DNA of 55,995 bases, taken from contig JBEKYR010000035.1 of assembly GCA_049510745.1 (NCBI GenBank), positions 1 through 55,995 on the forward strand, in the 5' to 3' direction. This document shows, one piece after another, positions 1 through 9,284 of this stretch. The stretch's first letter is position 1. Each line of letters starts with the position of its first letter. A program made the translations under genes and the position numbers. Under the pieces are notes generated by a model. That model saw only the letters and a program-made list of their open reading frames with translations, was not told the DNA's origin and did not search any database. Source of the DNA: Verrucomicrobiota bacterium. GTDB taxonomy: Bacteria; Verrucomicrobiota; Verrucomicrobiia; Limisphaerales; Palsa-1400.

Positions 1-62
1 CCTTGGCGGGTTTTCGGAGGCGCAAAGGGCACAGCGCGGGAAGTCGCAACCAAACGAAGGCA

Positions 63-137
63 ACCACGGATAGACACGGATGGACCCGGATAAGAAGCGG
101 CGGGTTTCCCATCCGTGAAATCGGCGAAATCCGTGGT
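63..137. repeat. REP/MITE-like intergenic hairpin with 9-nt periodic arms
   Basis: ACCACGGAT (63-71) is inverted to ATCCGTGGT (129-137). The left arm has 3 imperfect CACGGAT units and the right arm has 3 imperfect ATCCGTG units. Confidence 0.55.
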
Positions 138-817
138 CAGAAATCTTTCCGAAAATGAATGATTCGTGCATATTGCAGAGAGGGAGGAAGAAAACAGTTT
201 TTCTCCGCGCGCTCCGCGCCTCTGCGCGAAAAGGGCGGTTTCCTCCGTGACCAGAACAAATGGCCGGGATGACCGCTTCGCGGCGCGGTCCGCGCCGGGG
301 CGGGCGGACAGGGCCGCTGCCCGGCGACCCCACTTTATGTCAGCGAGTTCACGCACGGCATCACTTTCCCATATAATTAGGGAAATGCAAGGATTTTGAT
401 TAAAAATGTGACTGGAGCAGATGGCTCGAATGCGTTTCTCCCGATATTAGGCAATGAGGGGACATCGGCGGCGGCGGCGAAGGCGCGGCAACTGGCAAGA
501 GCCTAAGCCGCAATGAGTAACGAATGATGGCCGGCTGACTGAAACGGCTCCGGGCCACCCCTTCGTCCCTGGGTCATTTTGGAATTCATTTATAGTTATC
601 ATTAGGACATCGAAATTCGTCATTTACGCTCGGCGGATGGAGGCTTAATCGAAAGAGCGGCCGGTCAACAGTCTGACGTATTCTCCAATGGGAATCTGGC
701 AACTGTTCCCCCGGTGGAACTGACGAAAAGCGATTTGACACCGTCTCCCCCGGCTTCCCACTCTCGGCCATGAGGATTTCGACCGTACTATGTGAAAAAA
801 CAAAAGGTTAACGCCAG

Positions 818-1963
818 ATGGAGCTTATCAACACAGCAGCCGTCGATGCAGTTTATGAAGCCTACACCAAAGCGACCGAAAGCGAAGAGCGGGACAAACT
901 CTGGAAGGCATACGTTCTGGCGAACGATTCGATCATTGCCAAAATCCTCGAAGACGTCCGCCAAGCTCCGAGTTCGCCAATGGCTTTCGACTTGCTTTTG
1001 TGGGTCGTGACGAATAATCGGATTCATGCGCGTGCGCTTTGGCCATACGGGCTGCAGGCCGTGGAATGCTTGCGGGATTATCACACGGCTAATCCGAACA
1101 TTGGTCCAGTTTGTCGGGCGCTCGGACATAATTGGGATGCATTGGACCAGGCGGCGATCGACTTTTTAAAGGCTGCTGCAACGAGGAACCCGGACCGTAC
1201 GGCTCGCGGGCACGCGACTTTTGCCCTCGCTCAACTTACAAAACAGAAGGCTGAATGGATGATATTTTGGGAAATCGTGCCTGCCTCCATTTACACCGAT
1301 GCGGCGGCACAAAAAGACAGAGCCGCCTATGCGGAAGCGTCGAAGAAAGCAGACTCAAGAACCCTCATTCAGCAAGCAGAACAGTTTTTTGAAACGGTTA
1401 CGACGCAGTTTGCGGATTGTCCTAATTTCCCGGCTGGCCCGGGTCTCCGCCAGCCCAAGCCCACTTTGGGAGACCAGGCCGACATCGAATTGTATGAATG
1501 CCGCCATTTGGAACTTGGCCAAGAAGCCCCTGAGATTCAGGGCGATGATCTCGATGGTCAGAAACTCACGTTGACGGAGTATCGTGGCAAGGTAGTCGTC
1601 TTGAGTTTCTGGACTTCATGGTGCGGCCCATGTATGCAAATGGCGCCGCATGAGCGGGCCATGGCGCAACGACTGGAAGGGAAGCCGTTTGCATTGGTTG
1701 GAGTCAATGGGGATGCAGATAGAGAAGAGGCAAAGCGTGCTGCAGCAAGAGAGAACTTGACGTGGCGGTCGTTTTGGAACGATGAAGGCACGGAAGGCGG
1801 GACTCCGGCGGCTTGGAACGTCCATGGCTGGCCGACGGTCTATGTTCTCGATTCCAAAGGCACGATCCGGCTCAAGCTCCGAGGTTATGGAGGGAAAAAA
1901 TCCGAAGCCCTCTTGGACGACGTAGTGGATCGTTTGCTCAAAGAGGTTGAGGCGGGCAAGTAA
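818..1963 (+). CDS. TlpA/redoxin-family thiol-disulfide oxidoreductase with N-terminal helical domain
   Basis: C-terminal thioredoxin fold: LSFWTSWCGPC, GKPFALVGVN, WNVHGWPTVYVLD. Confidence 0.85.
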   Translation: MELINTAAVDAVYEAYTKATESEERDKLWKAYVLANDSIIAKILEDVRQAPSSPMAFDLLLWVVTNNRIHARALWPYGLQAVECLRDYHTANPNIGPVCRALGHNWDALDQAAIDFLKAAATRNPDRTARGHATFALAQLTKQKAEWMIFWEIVPASIYTDAAAQKDRAAYAEASKKADSRTLIQQAEQFFETVTTQFADCPNFPAGPGLRQPKPTLGDQADIELYECRHLELGQEAPEIQGDDLDGQKLTLTEYRGKVVVLSFWTSWCGPCMQMAPHERAMAQRLEGKPFALVGVNGDADREEAKRAAARENLTWRSFWNDEGTEGGTPAAWNVHGWPTVYVLDSKGTIRLKLRGYGGKKSEALLDDVVDRLLKEVEAGK

Positions 1964-2060
1964 ACGGGGTCACCCATAGTATGGTTCGTTTTTGTCTTGG
2001 CGGGCTTGCGGAACAGTGCCTTTAAAGATCCCTCTTCAGCCGTAAATCGATTGGGCCATA

Positions 2061-3098
2061 TCATTCCTGCGGTTTGAGCAGGACCTTGAACAGGCCCGGC
2101 TCGCGGCGGTAAAGCCGTTCAAACCATTGCGCCCCTTGCTCCAGCGGCGCCACCGCGCTGATGAGCGGCGCGACATCAATCGCCCCGCGCCCCAGCGCGT
2201 CCAGGCAGGCCGGATATTCCCCGCACGAAGCGCACGATCCGAAAAGGGTGATCTCCCGCGTCACGCAAATCTGCAACGGAAACTCCACCGCCGGGGCGAT
2301 GTTGCCCACCAGCGTCACGGAGCCGCCCTTGCGCGCCGAGCGGACAGCCAGGTCCACCGTGGGAGCGATCCCGACCGCCTCGAACACCGCGTCCGCCCCG
2401 CGCCCTTCTGTCAACTCCATTATTTTCTTGAGCGCGCCGGCTTTCCCGGAATCGACCGCGGCGGTCGCGCCGAATTTTTTCGCCAGCGCCAGTTTGCCGG
2501 CGGCGATATCGACCGCGACAATCTGGGCGCAGCCCGCCAGGCGCAGCGATTGCACCAGGAGCAACCCGATCAATCCCGCGCCCACCACCACCACGCGGCC
2601 GCCAGCGGCGACGCCTGATCTCCGCACCGCGTGAAATGCAACGGACAGCGGCTCGGCCATCGCCGCGTGCTCGAAGGGCAGGGAGTCGGGAAGCCGGTAA
2701 AGGACCCGTTGCGGGAGGGCGACATATTCGGCGAAAGCCCCGTGCTGGCGGTATTCGCCGCACGACACCCCGAGCACGCGGCGGTTATCGCAGAGGTTGA
2801 TCTGCCCCTTTCTGCAAAAATCACACACACCGCAATAAAGGGTCGAATCGAACGTGACCCGCGCGCCCGGCTGCCACTGTTCCACCGCGCCGCCGACCTT
2901 GGCGACGATGCCGGACGCTTCGTGTCCCATGATAATGGGCGGCTGCCGCCGTCCGCTGCTGCCATCCATGCCATGAACATCACTGCCGCAAATGCCGCAA
3001 GCCTGGACGGCGACCAGGACCGAATCCGGCCGCAACTCCGGCTCCGGCACTTCTTCGATCGCGAAGCGTCCATAGTCTTTCAGTATCAGTGCTTTCAC
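2061..3098 (-). CDS. Zinc-dependent medium-chain (sugar-alcohol) dehydrogenase, GatD/L-iditol dehydrogenase-like
   Basis: GICGSD, GHE, structural-Zn CxxCxxCx7C and GAGLIG Rossmann motif. Likely start is GTG at 3098 (MKALILKDYG) within ORF 2061..3365. Confidence 0.88.
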   Translation of the reverse strand: MKALILKDYGRFAIEEVPEPELRPDSVLVAVQACGICGSDVHGMDGSSGRRQPPIIMGHEASGIVAKVGGAVEQWQPGARVTFDSTLYCGVCDFCRKGQINLCDNRRVLGVSCGEYRQHGAFAEYVALPQRVLYRLPDSLPFEHAAMAEPLSVAFHAVRRSGVAAGGRVVVVGAGLIGLLLVQSLRLAGCAQIVAVDIAAGKLALAKKFGATAAVDSGKAGALKKIMELTEGRGADAVFEAVGIAPTVDLAVRSARKGGSVTLVGNIAPAVEFPLQICVTREITLFGSCASCGEYPACLDALGRGAIDVAPLISAVAPLEQGAQWFERLYRREPGLFKVLLKPQE

Positions 3099-3468
3099 AA
3101 CCAAAGCATGTCGGAAAAGACCGCGCTCGTAAATCGCAAATCCGGAGTTGGAAACTCCGGCTATTGCCCAGCCGTTGCGGTGGAGAAACATGGAATGAGA
3201 CCAAATCTCACAGAAAATCAGCACATTCCAGATGGAGGCCAGAGAAAAGCAGTCGGCGGGGCGCCGACTGAAGCGGGCGAGGCGCCCGCGCTCCCCGGAA
3301 ACAGGGAATGTGCCGGTTATCTCTGGGAAATGGAATGAGACCTGCTCACTGATCTCTATTTGCATTATCGCAAACGCGGCCGGCCGGTGTTTTTTTGCTG
3401 GGCGGGGCGGTTGCGCCGCGTTTAGAATCAGGCCAAAGCCCGATCGCAGTGACTGTTATTGTATTTGA

Positions 3469-5235
3469 ATGAAAACAATGAGAATTCTTAAAAACGCTGT
3501 TATCCGGGGGGCGCTCCATTCGGCTGCCGCCGCGCTTATTCTTGGCCTCATGTCCGCGTCGTTGCGCGCGCAGCCCAGCATCTCCGTCCCGCCCCAGAGC
3601 GAAACCGTGCCGACAAACTTCACCGCTTCGTTTGCGGTATTCTGGGTCAATAATGCGCCGCCCTATGGGTTCACGTGGTATTTCAACAACCAGCCAATCC
3701 AGGGCGCGACCAATTTTAATTTGAACATTTTCAATGCCCAGCAGACCAACGTTGGCAGCTACGTGGTCGTCATCACCAATCTGAGCGGCTCCGCCACCAG
3801 CACCCCTCCGGCCATTCTCACATTGACGAACGTCCAGGTCCAGGCGCCCAGCCTGCAATTCAGCACGCTCAATTCCTTCAACAAGTTTGTCAACGGCGCG
3901 TTCCCGCAAGCCAAAGTCATTCAAGGCAGCGATGGCTTCTTGTATGGCACCACCCTGCACGGCGGCACCAACGACGCGGGCTTCGGCGGCGACGGCACAG
4001 TCTTTAAAATGAGCACCAACGGCACTTTCATCTGGTCGTTGTCTTTCAATGACGCCGACGGCTCGAATCCTGCCGCCGGATTGGTCCAGGCCGGTGATGG
4101 CAACTTCTACGGCACCACCGCGACGGGTGGAAACTTCGGCTTCGGCACGGTGTTCCGCATCACTCCCGGCGGCGCGCTGACCAGTCTGTTTGACTTCACC
4201 AATGCGGTGTCTGACGGCGGCTTTCCGGAAGCCGATCTTTGCCTCGGCGCCGATGGTTACCTCTACGGCACCACCACCACCAACGGAGCCGGCACCGACG
4301 GCGGCACACTGTTCAAGATGGACACCAACGGCAACTTCAAGTGGGGTTTTCCGCTCAACAGCCACTCCGCTATCGGCCTCGTTCCCCTGGCCGGCTTGGT
4401 GCAGGGCGCGGACGGCAATTTCTATGGCACGGCCTCCGAGGGCGGAACCAACGGCGGCAACGGAACGGTGTTCATGGTGACCAGCAATGGAGTGGCCGCC
4501 AGGCTCTATTCCTTTAAAGACGGAACCGATGGCGGATTTCCGGAAGCCGGCCTGGTGCAAGGCCCGGACGGCCAGTTCTACGGATCGACCACCTCGGGTG
4601 GAAATACCAACCTGAACGGCGGCCAGGGTTTCGGGACCCTTTTCAAAATCACGACCAACGGAGCGCTCACCACTTTGGCGGCCTTTGGCGGCACCAACGG
4701 GGCCAATCCGCTGGGCAGCCTGTTCCTGGCCGGAGACGGCAACTTTTATGGGACGGCCAACGCCGGGGGCGTGGGCGCCCAGGCCAGTTTTGGCACGCTC
4801 TTCCAGCCGGCCTTTGGCACGATCTTTCAATTGACCACCAACGGAACACTGTCAACACTTCTCTCTTTCAATGGAAACTACAACGGCGCCGCGCCCCACT
4901 CCACCCTGGCGCAGGGGCGGGACGGCGGCTTGTATGGCACCACCTCCGAAGGCGGGGCCTATGATCTTTCCACAGGCGGTGACGGCACCGTCTTCCGTTT
5001 GAGCGTGATGCCGCCGACAATCCAATCCGCCGCGCGGACCGGTCCAACGTTTTCATTCAGTTGGAACGCCATGGTCGGGGAACTTTACCAGCCGCAATAC
5101 AAAGACAGCCTGACCCAACCCTCTTGGATCAACTTGGGCGGCCTGGTCTCCGGCACCAACGGCACCGCCATCCAGGCCGACACCATCGGCGCCACCAATC
5201 TCCAGCGGTTTTACCGCGTCTTGCTGCCCTACTGA
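3469..5235 (+). CDS. Secreted protein: Ig-like domain, GloVer-type (DGxxPxAxLxQGxDGNFYGTT) tandem repeats, C-terminal FYR domain
   Basis: Signal peptide, an Ig-like segment, about 7 repeats of GxDGNFYGTTxxGG...GTxF, and a C-terminus ending QRFYRVLLPY. Confidence 0.8.
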   Translation: MKTMRILKNAVIRGALHSAAAALILGLMSASLRAQPSISVPPQSETVPTNFTASFAVFWVNNAPPYGFTWYFNNQPIQGATNFNLNIFNAQQTNVGSYVVVITNLSGSATSTPPAILTLTNVQVQAPSLQFSTLNSFNKFVNGAFPQAKVIQGSDGFLYGTTLHGGTNDAGFGGDGTVFKMSTNGTFIWSLSFNDADGSNPAAGLVQAGDGNFYGTTATGGNFGFGTVFRITPGGALTSLFDFTNAVSDGGFPEADLCLGADGYLYGTTTTNGAGTDGGTLFKMDTNGNFKWGFPLNSHSAIGLVPLAGLVQGADGNFYGTASEGGTNGGNGTVFMVTSNGVAARLYSFKDGTDGGFPEAGLVQGPDGQFYGSTTSGGNTNLNGGQGFGTLFKITTNGALTTLAAFGGTNGANPLGSLFLAGDGNFYGTANAGGVGAQASFGTLFQPAFGTIFQLTTNGTLSTLLSFNGNYNGAAPHSTLAQGRDGGLYGTTSEGGAYDLSTGGDGTVFRLSVMPPTIQSAARTGPTFSFSWNAMVGELYQPQYKDSLTQPSWINLGGLVSGTNGTAIQADTIGATNLQRFYRVLLPY

Positions 5236-5297
5236 CCGGCCCGCAACTTTCCTTTTGCCGTGGCGTTCATCCCGCTGACGGATTATATTCCGGGCGT

Positions 5298-5909
5298 ATG
5301 AACACGAAGAGAGCGGGAATCCTGCTCGGATGCGCTCTTCTGGCGGGGCCGGGGCTGGCGGCGGCCCCGACGGAGGAGGGGGCCAATCCGTACACCGTCA
5401 TTTCCGAGCGGAACGTGTTTCATTTGAACCCCATTCCGCCGCCACCGGAACCGGAAAAGCCCAAGGTTGATTTGCCGGTGATCAAACTTTCCGGCTTTTT
5501 CAAAGTGGGCAGTCAGACTCGCGCCCTCTTTTCTTCCGAGCCTAAGAAAAAAGAAGAAGGGCGGACTTACTATAATCTGGCCCAAGGCGAGAAGGACGGC
5601 ATTCTCGAAGTCGTGAAAATCGACGCGGAAAATGGCACAGTGGACATCCTCAACAGCGGCACGCCCGTCACCCTCTCCCTCAAAGATGACTCTCTTGCGC
5701 CCGCCCCGGCAGTGGCCGCCGGCGCGAAACCTCCTCCCAACAGCGCGCCACCCGGACCTTTTGCGGGACAGGCCCCGCCCACGCCCGGCATGCCCGCCCG
5801 CCGGCCATTTCAACCCGGGGGAATGTCTTCACCCCCTGGTTTCCCTGGGGCCGACGGCGGCAATCCAGCTTATCCGATGCGCCAGCGCCGCACGCCGGCG
5901 CCGCAGTAA
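5298..5909 (+). CDS. Exported proline-rich hypothetical protein
   Basis: ATG 5298 (MNTKRAGILLGCALL) signal peptide, NPYxxIxERNVF core and Pro/Gly-rich tail. Confidence 0.65.
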   Translation: MNTKRAGILLGCALLAGPGLAAAPTEEGANPYTVISERNVFHLNPIPPPPEPEKPKVDLPVIKLSGFFKVGSQTRALFSSEPKKKEEGRTYYNLAQGEKDGILEVVKIDAENGTVDILNSGTPVTLSLKDDSLAPAPAVAAGAKPPPNSAPPGPFAGQAPPTPGMPARRPFQPGGMSSPPGFPGADGGNPAYPMRQRRTPAPQ

Positions 5910-6000
5910 TTTCCCGACCCGACCGCGGGGCGCGAAAATAAGACCAATAAGAACTTGCGCGGGGCGGGGACCGCCGTTATCGTGACGGCGTCTTTCGGAT

Positions 6001-6077
<77 letters not shown>

Positions 6078-6083
6078 ATTCTC

Positions 6084-6203
6084 CCGTTGCAACTTCCACC
6101 GTTGCAACGGCTTTCTTCGATTCGCCCCCAATTGACCCAAAAGCCAAGGAAACCCATGGAAACCCATGAAAACCGCAAAAATCTTGCTACAATTTTGCTA
6201 CAA
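6084..6203. repeat. Clustered short direct repeats 3' of the tRNA (integrase arm-site-like)
   Basis: CCGTTGCAAC x2 (6084, 6099), GGAAACCCAT x2 (6148, 6158), TTGCTACAA x2 (6184, 6195). Confidence 0.5.
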
Positions 6204-6250
6204 AACTTGACGGTTGACTCCCATGAATCTGCAGGCATCTTCTTGAGCCA

Positions 6251-6604
6251 ATGAAATCACTTTCTGAACTTTCAGTGGCCGACCTGCGGCGGGTCATTGC
6301 GCTCAAGGAGCAAATCGAGGCCTTGGAGGGGCAGCTTGAAGCCTTGATTGGGGAAGCTGGAGAGGCCAGCCCAACCGAGGCCACCGCTCCCGCCAAGCGC
6401 CCCAAACGCCGCCTGTCCGCCGCGCATCGGCGCAAACTTATCAAAGCTCTCGCGAGGGCGCGAAAAATACGATGGGCAAAAGCAAAAGCGACTGGGACCA
6501 ACCCGGCTCCGAAGAAACACCGAATGAGCGCGGCGGGCCGTGCTGCCCTATCGGCCGCTGCCAAGGCGCGATGGGCCAAAGTTCGGGCGGCGCAAGCTGC
6601 CTAA
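6251..6604 (+). CDS. Small basic coiled-coil protein with two RxSAAxR...RWAK motifs (putative nucleoid-associated protein)
   Basis: N-terminal heptad helix, then KRRLSAAHRRKL...RWAK and KHRMSAAGRAAL...RWAK. Confidence 0.7.
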   Translation: MKSLSELSVADLRRVIALKEQIEALEGQLEALIGEAGEASPTEATAPAKRPKRRLSAAHRRKLIKALARARKIRWAKAKATGTNPAPKKHRMSAAGRAALSAAAKARWAKVRAAQAA

Positions 6605-6924
6605 AGCTGCGGGCCGGTTCAGAGGTTTTCCTCGGCCCATTGCATCATCGCCTGGTGCCACTTGCCCGATTTCGCGGCGTGGAGAGCAGGACCACCCGCT
6701 GGGTGCAGCAGGGACCCAGACGTCATCCGTTTAGCCTTGGCGCCTGTGGGTGGTAGAAACTGCGTCGCAGCCGAAAAAGCAGTCGTCTGAGTAGGCGCGG
6801 TTCATATTGGTTCCCACTTGAGCAGTGGAGCCGTCGAAGGGACCGCAGTGCAATAGGATGGTGACAGGACCTGTGCGAGGCTCTTGTCGCGGCGCCGTCC
6901 ATTGGGTCAAGTGTGGACGCTGCC

Positions 6925-7640
6925 TCAGGCAGCCTGCCGCAGGTAGTGATGATGCAGACCGCCGACCAGTGGCATCTCGATTACCTTTCCACGCTCCTGT
7001 GACTCCACCGGCTGCGGGATTGGACTGTCGTGCAGGAGCGATCGGTGCGGGCGGACAGTGTGGTAATATTCAAAGCAGGATTCGAGAATTTATCGCAGCT
7101 CTCGTTCATTAAACACGATCACTCGATCCAGGCATTCACGTCGAATCGAACCCACCAGCCGCTCCACGTAGGGGCTCTGCCAAGGAGATCTCGGGGAGAT
7201 CATCTTCTGCTTGATGCCCATGCCCTCAACCCGCTGCACGAAGGCCGAGCCGTAAATGCAGTCCCGATCCCGCAATAAATACTTGGGGGCTGTGGCATAC
7301 GGGAACGCGTTGACGACCTGTTGGACCGTCCCCTCTGCGCTGGGCGCCTCGGTGATGTTGAAATGGACGACTTTGCGCCGCTCATGGGTGATAACCACCA
7401 ACACGTAGAGCAGACGAAAAGTCACCGTGGGAACCCCAAAGAAGTCCATGGCCGCGATCGCACCCGCGTGGTTCCGCAGAAAGGTCCGCCAACTTTGTGA
7501 AGGTCGGTGTCCGGACTTGGGGCGGCACTTCCGGATCGTTGCGGTCGAAACCTCCAGACCCAGTTTCGCCAGTTCGTCGCGAATCCGCGGGCTGCCCCAA
7601 GTCGGGTTGACGGCCCACATCCGGCGAATCAACGGCCAAA
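6925..7640 (-). pseudogene. Truncated integrase-core (rve, IS481/IS3-like) transposase with internal stop
   Basis: NPTWGSPRI, MDFF, LLRDRD and SPWQSPYVERLVGSIRRECLD. The in-frame TAA at 7090-7092 is followed by YYHTVRPHRSL...GGLHHHYLRQAA* (TGA 6925). The N-terminus is missing. Confidence 0.85.
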
Positions 7641-7747
7641 GTTTGCTTGCAAATGCCTGCCAAACAATCATTTCGATTCTCGACCTAATTCCTGCCACCC
7701 ACAGCCTTCACAACGGCCGTTTGAGAAATGGATTGCAGCAGTCGCCG

Positions 7748-8614
7748 TCAGTGCGGACTTTTTCCATAGACGCGGACATAGTCCACGACCATGCGCTGCG
7801 GGAGGGTGGTCGTATCGTCGGGATAGCCCGGCCAGACGCCGCCAACGGCCAGGTTCAGCAGCAAAAACTTGGGCTGATTGAAAACCCAGCGGGTGCTTTT
7901 GGGCAGCTGGGAGGGGGTGACGCTGAAATACTGCCGGCCATCCATGAACCAAGTGATGCGTTCAGGCTCGCATTCCACGGCGAAAACGTGGAAGTCGTCG
8001 GCCACCGCCACGCCGCCGGGCAGCGTCACCGGCCCGCCAATCCCATCGGCGCCGGAATAACCGGGGCCATGCACCGTGCCATGCACTGTGCCGGGTTCCC
8101 GTCCGATGTTCTCCATGATGTCAATTTCGCCGCAGTTGGGCCACTTGACGGAATCTATGTTCGTTCCGAGCATCCAAAAGGCCGGCCAGATTCCCTGGCC
8201 GCGCGGAATCTTGATGCGCGCCTCGAAGCGGCCATAAGTCCACGACCCTTTGCCCATCGTCAGCAGGCGGGCCGAAGTGATATTTTTCCCGCCGAGATTT
8301 TCCTTTCGCGCCTCGATCACCAGCTTGCCGTCCTGGATGCGGGCGTTGTTGGTGCGGGAGGTATAATACTCCAGTTCGTTGTTGCCCCAGCCGCTTGCGC
8401 CGGTGTCGTAACCCCACTTGGCGGGGTCAGGCGCGCTGCCGTCCGGCTGGTTGAATTCGTCGCTCCAGACGAGACGCCAGCCGGCGGCTGGTGCCGCTGT
8501 CGCGGGACTGGTCGGCTCCTTTGCAGCCATCAACGGCACAACTGCCGCCGTCAGGCAGAAAAACATTCCGGTGGCTTTGCCAAATTGTTTGTTCATGGTT
8601 TGCGACAGTTTCAT
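7748..8614 (-). CDS. Secreted GH16 glycoside hydrolase (laminarinase/beta-1,3-glucanase type)
   Basis: WSDEF, WGNNELEYYT, WPAFWMLG, catalytic EIDIME, NLAVGG and VDYVRVY, plus a signal peptide. Confidence 0.92.
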   Translation of the reverse strand: MKLSQTMNKQFGKATGMFFCLTAAVVPLMAAKEPTSPATAAPAAGWRLVWSDEFNQPDGSAPDPAKWGYDTGASGWGNNELEYYTSRTNNARIQDGKLVIEARKENLGGKNITSARLLTMGKGSWTYGRFEARIKIPRGQGIWPAFWMLGTNIDSVKWPNCGEIDIMENIGREPGTVHGTVHGPGYSGADGIGGPVTLPGGVAVADDFHVFAVECEPERITWFMDGRQYFSVTPSQLPKSTRWVFNQPKFLLLNLAVGGVWPGYPDDTTTLPQRMVVDYVRVYGKSPH

Positions 8615-8651
8615 ATATTCTCCAGTTCAGGAAAGATTTCCCGCTCAAGGG

Positions 8652-9284
8652 TTATTCAAATCGAATGTCGTCCAGATAAAAAGCGACCGGCTGCCCCTGC
8701 CCACGGAGGGTCCAGACGAAGCCCGTTTTGATGTGGGTCAAGTCTTTGCCGGCAAGGTCAATGCTGTATTCTTTCCATTCCTTCGTCAGCTTGAGGCTAT
8801 CAAGTTGGCCGCCCGTGCTGTCGGGATATTTCTTGTCGGGCCCCAGGATGCCGAATTTGAAGGTCACGGTCTCACCGCCGTTTTCGCCGCGCGCCCAGAA
8901 CGTGAGTTTTCTGGCCCCGGTCAGATTCCAGCCTCCGGGCTGGTCGCCCCAATCATTGGCGGGATCCTGCCAGACGATGCCGGCCCAGTCGCCGGACTCG
9001 GTGTATTCAAAACGCAAGCAGGTTTTGCCGGCATGCGGATTAGCGCTGCATCCCTCGTCCATCTTGATGCCCTTGGTGCTGCCCATCCAGCCGGAAGGGA
9101 AAAAATGATTGTTGGTGCTTCCCTTTTCATCGTAAACGGTGAACGGAAGCTTCACTCCCTTTGTGGCGGCGGCGTCTTGACATCGGACGTTCTGAACATC
9201 CGCGCCAAGACCGGCGAGCACGCACACGGCGGCCAAACCGCGGATCAACTGATGTTTTGTTTTCATAAAACCATGATTGTTCAT
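8652..9284 (-). CDS. Secreted carbohydrate-binding-module-like protein
   Basis: Signal peptide and a Trp-rich beta-sandwich-like domain (PSGWMG, WAGIVW, LTFWARG, FYLDDIRFE). ATG 9284 overlaps the upstream stop (ATGA); 9266 is an alternative start. Confidence 0.6.
   Translation of the reverse strand: MNNHGFMKTKHQLIRGLAAVCVLAGLGADVQNVRCQDAAATKGVKLPFTVYDEKGSTNNHFFPSGWMGSTKGIKMDEGCSANPHAGKTCLRFEYTESGDWAGIVWQDPANDWGDQPGGWNLTGARKLTFWARGENGGETVTFKFGILGPDKKYPDSTGGQLDSLKLTKEWKEYSIDLAGKDLTHIKTGFVWTLRGQGQPVAFYLDDIRFE

Noticed and set aside
5232..5250. CTGACCGGCCCG as a third copy of the yezD-associated motif
   Set aside because: It lacks the CCGGAGG 3' half.
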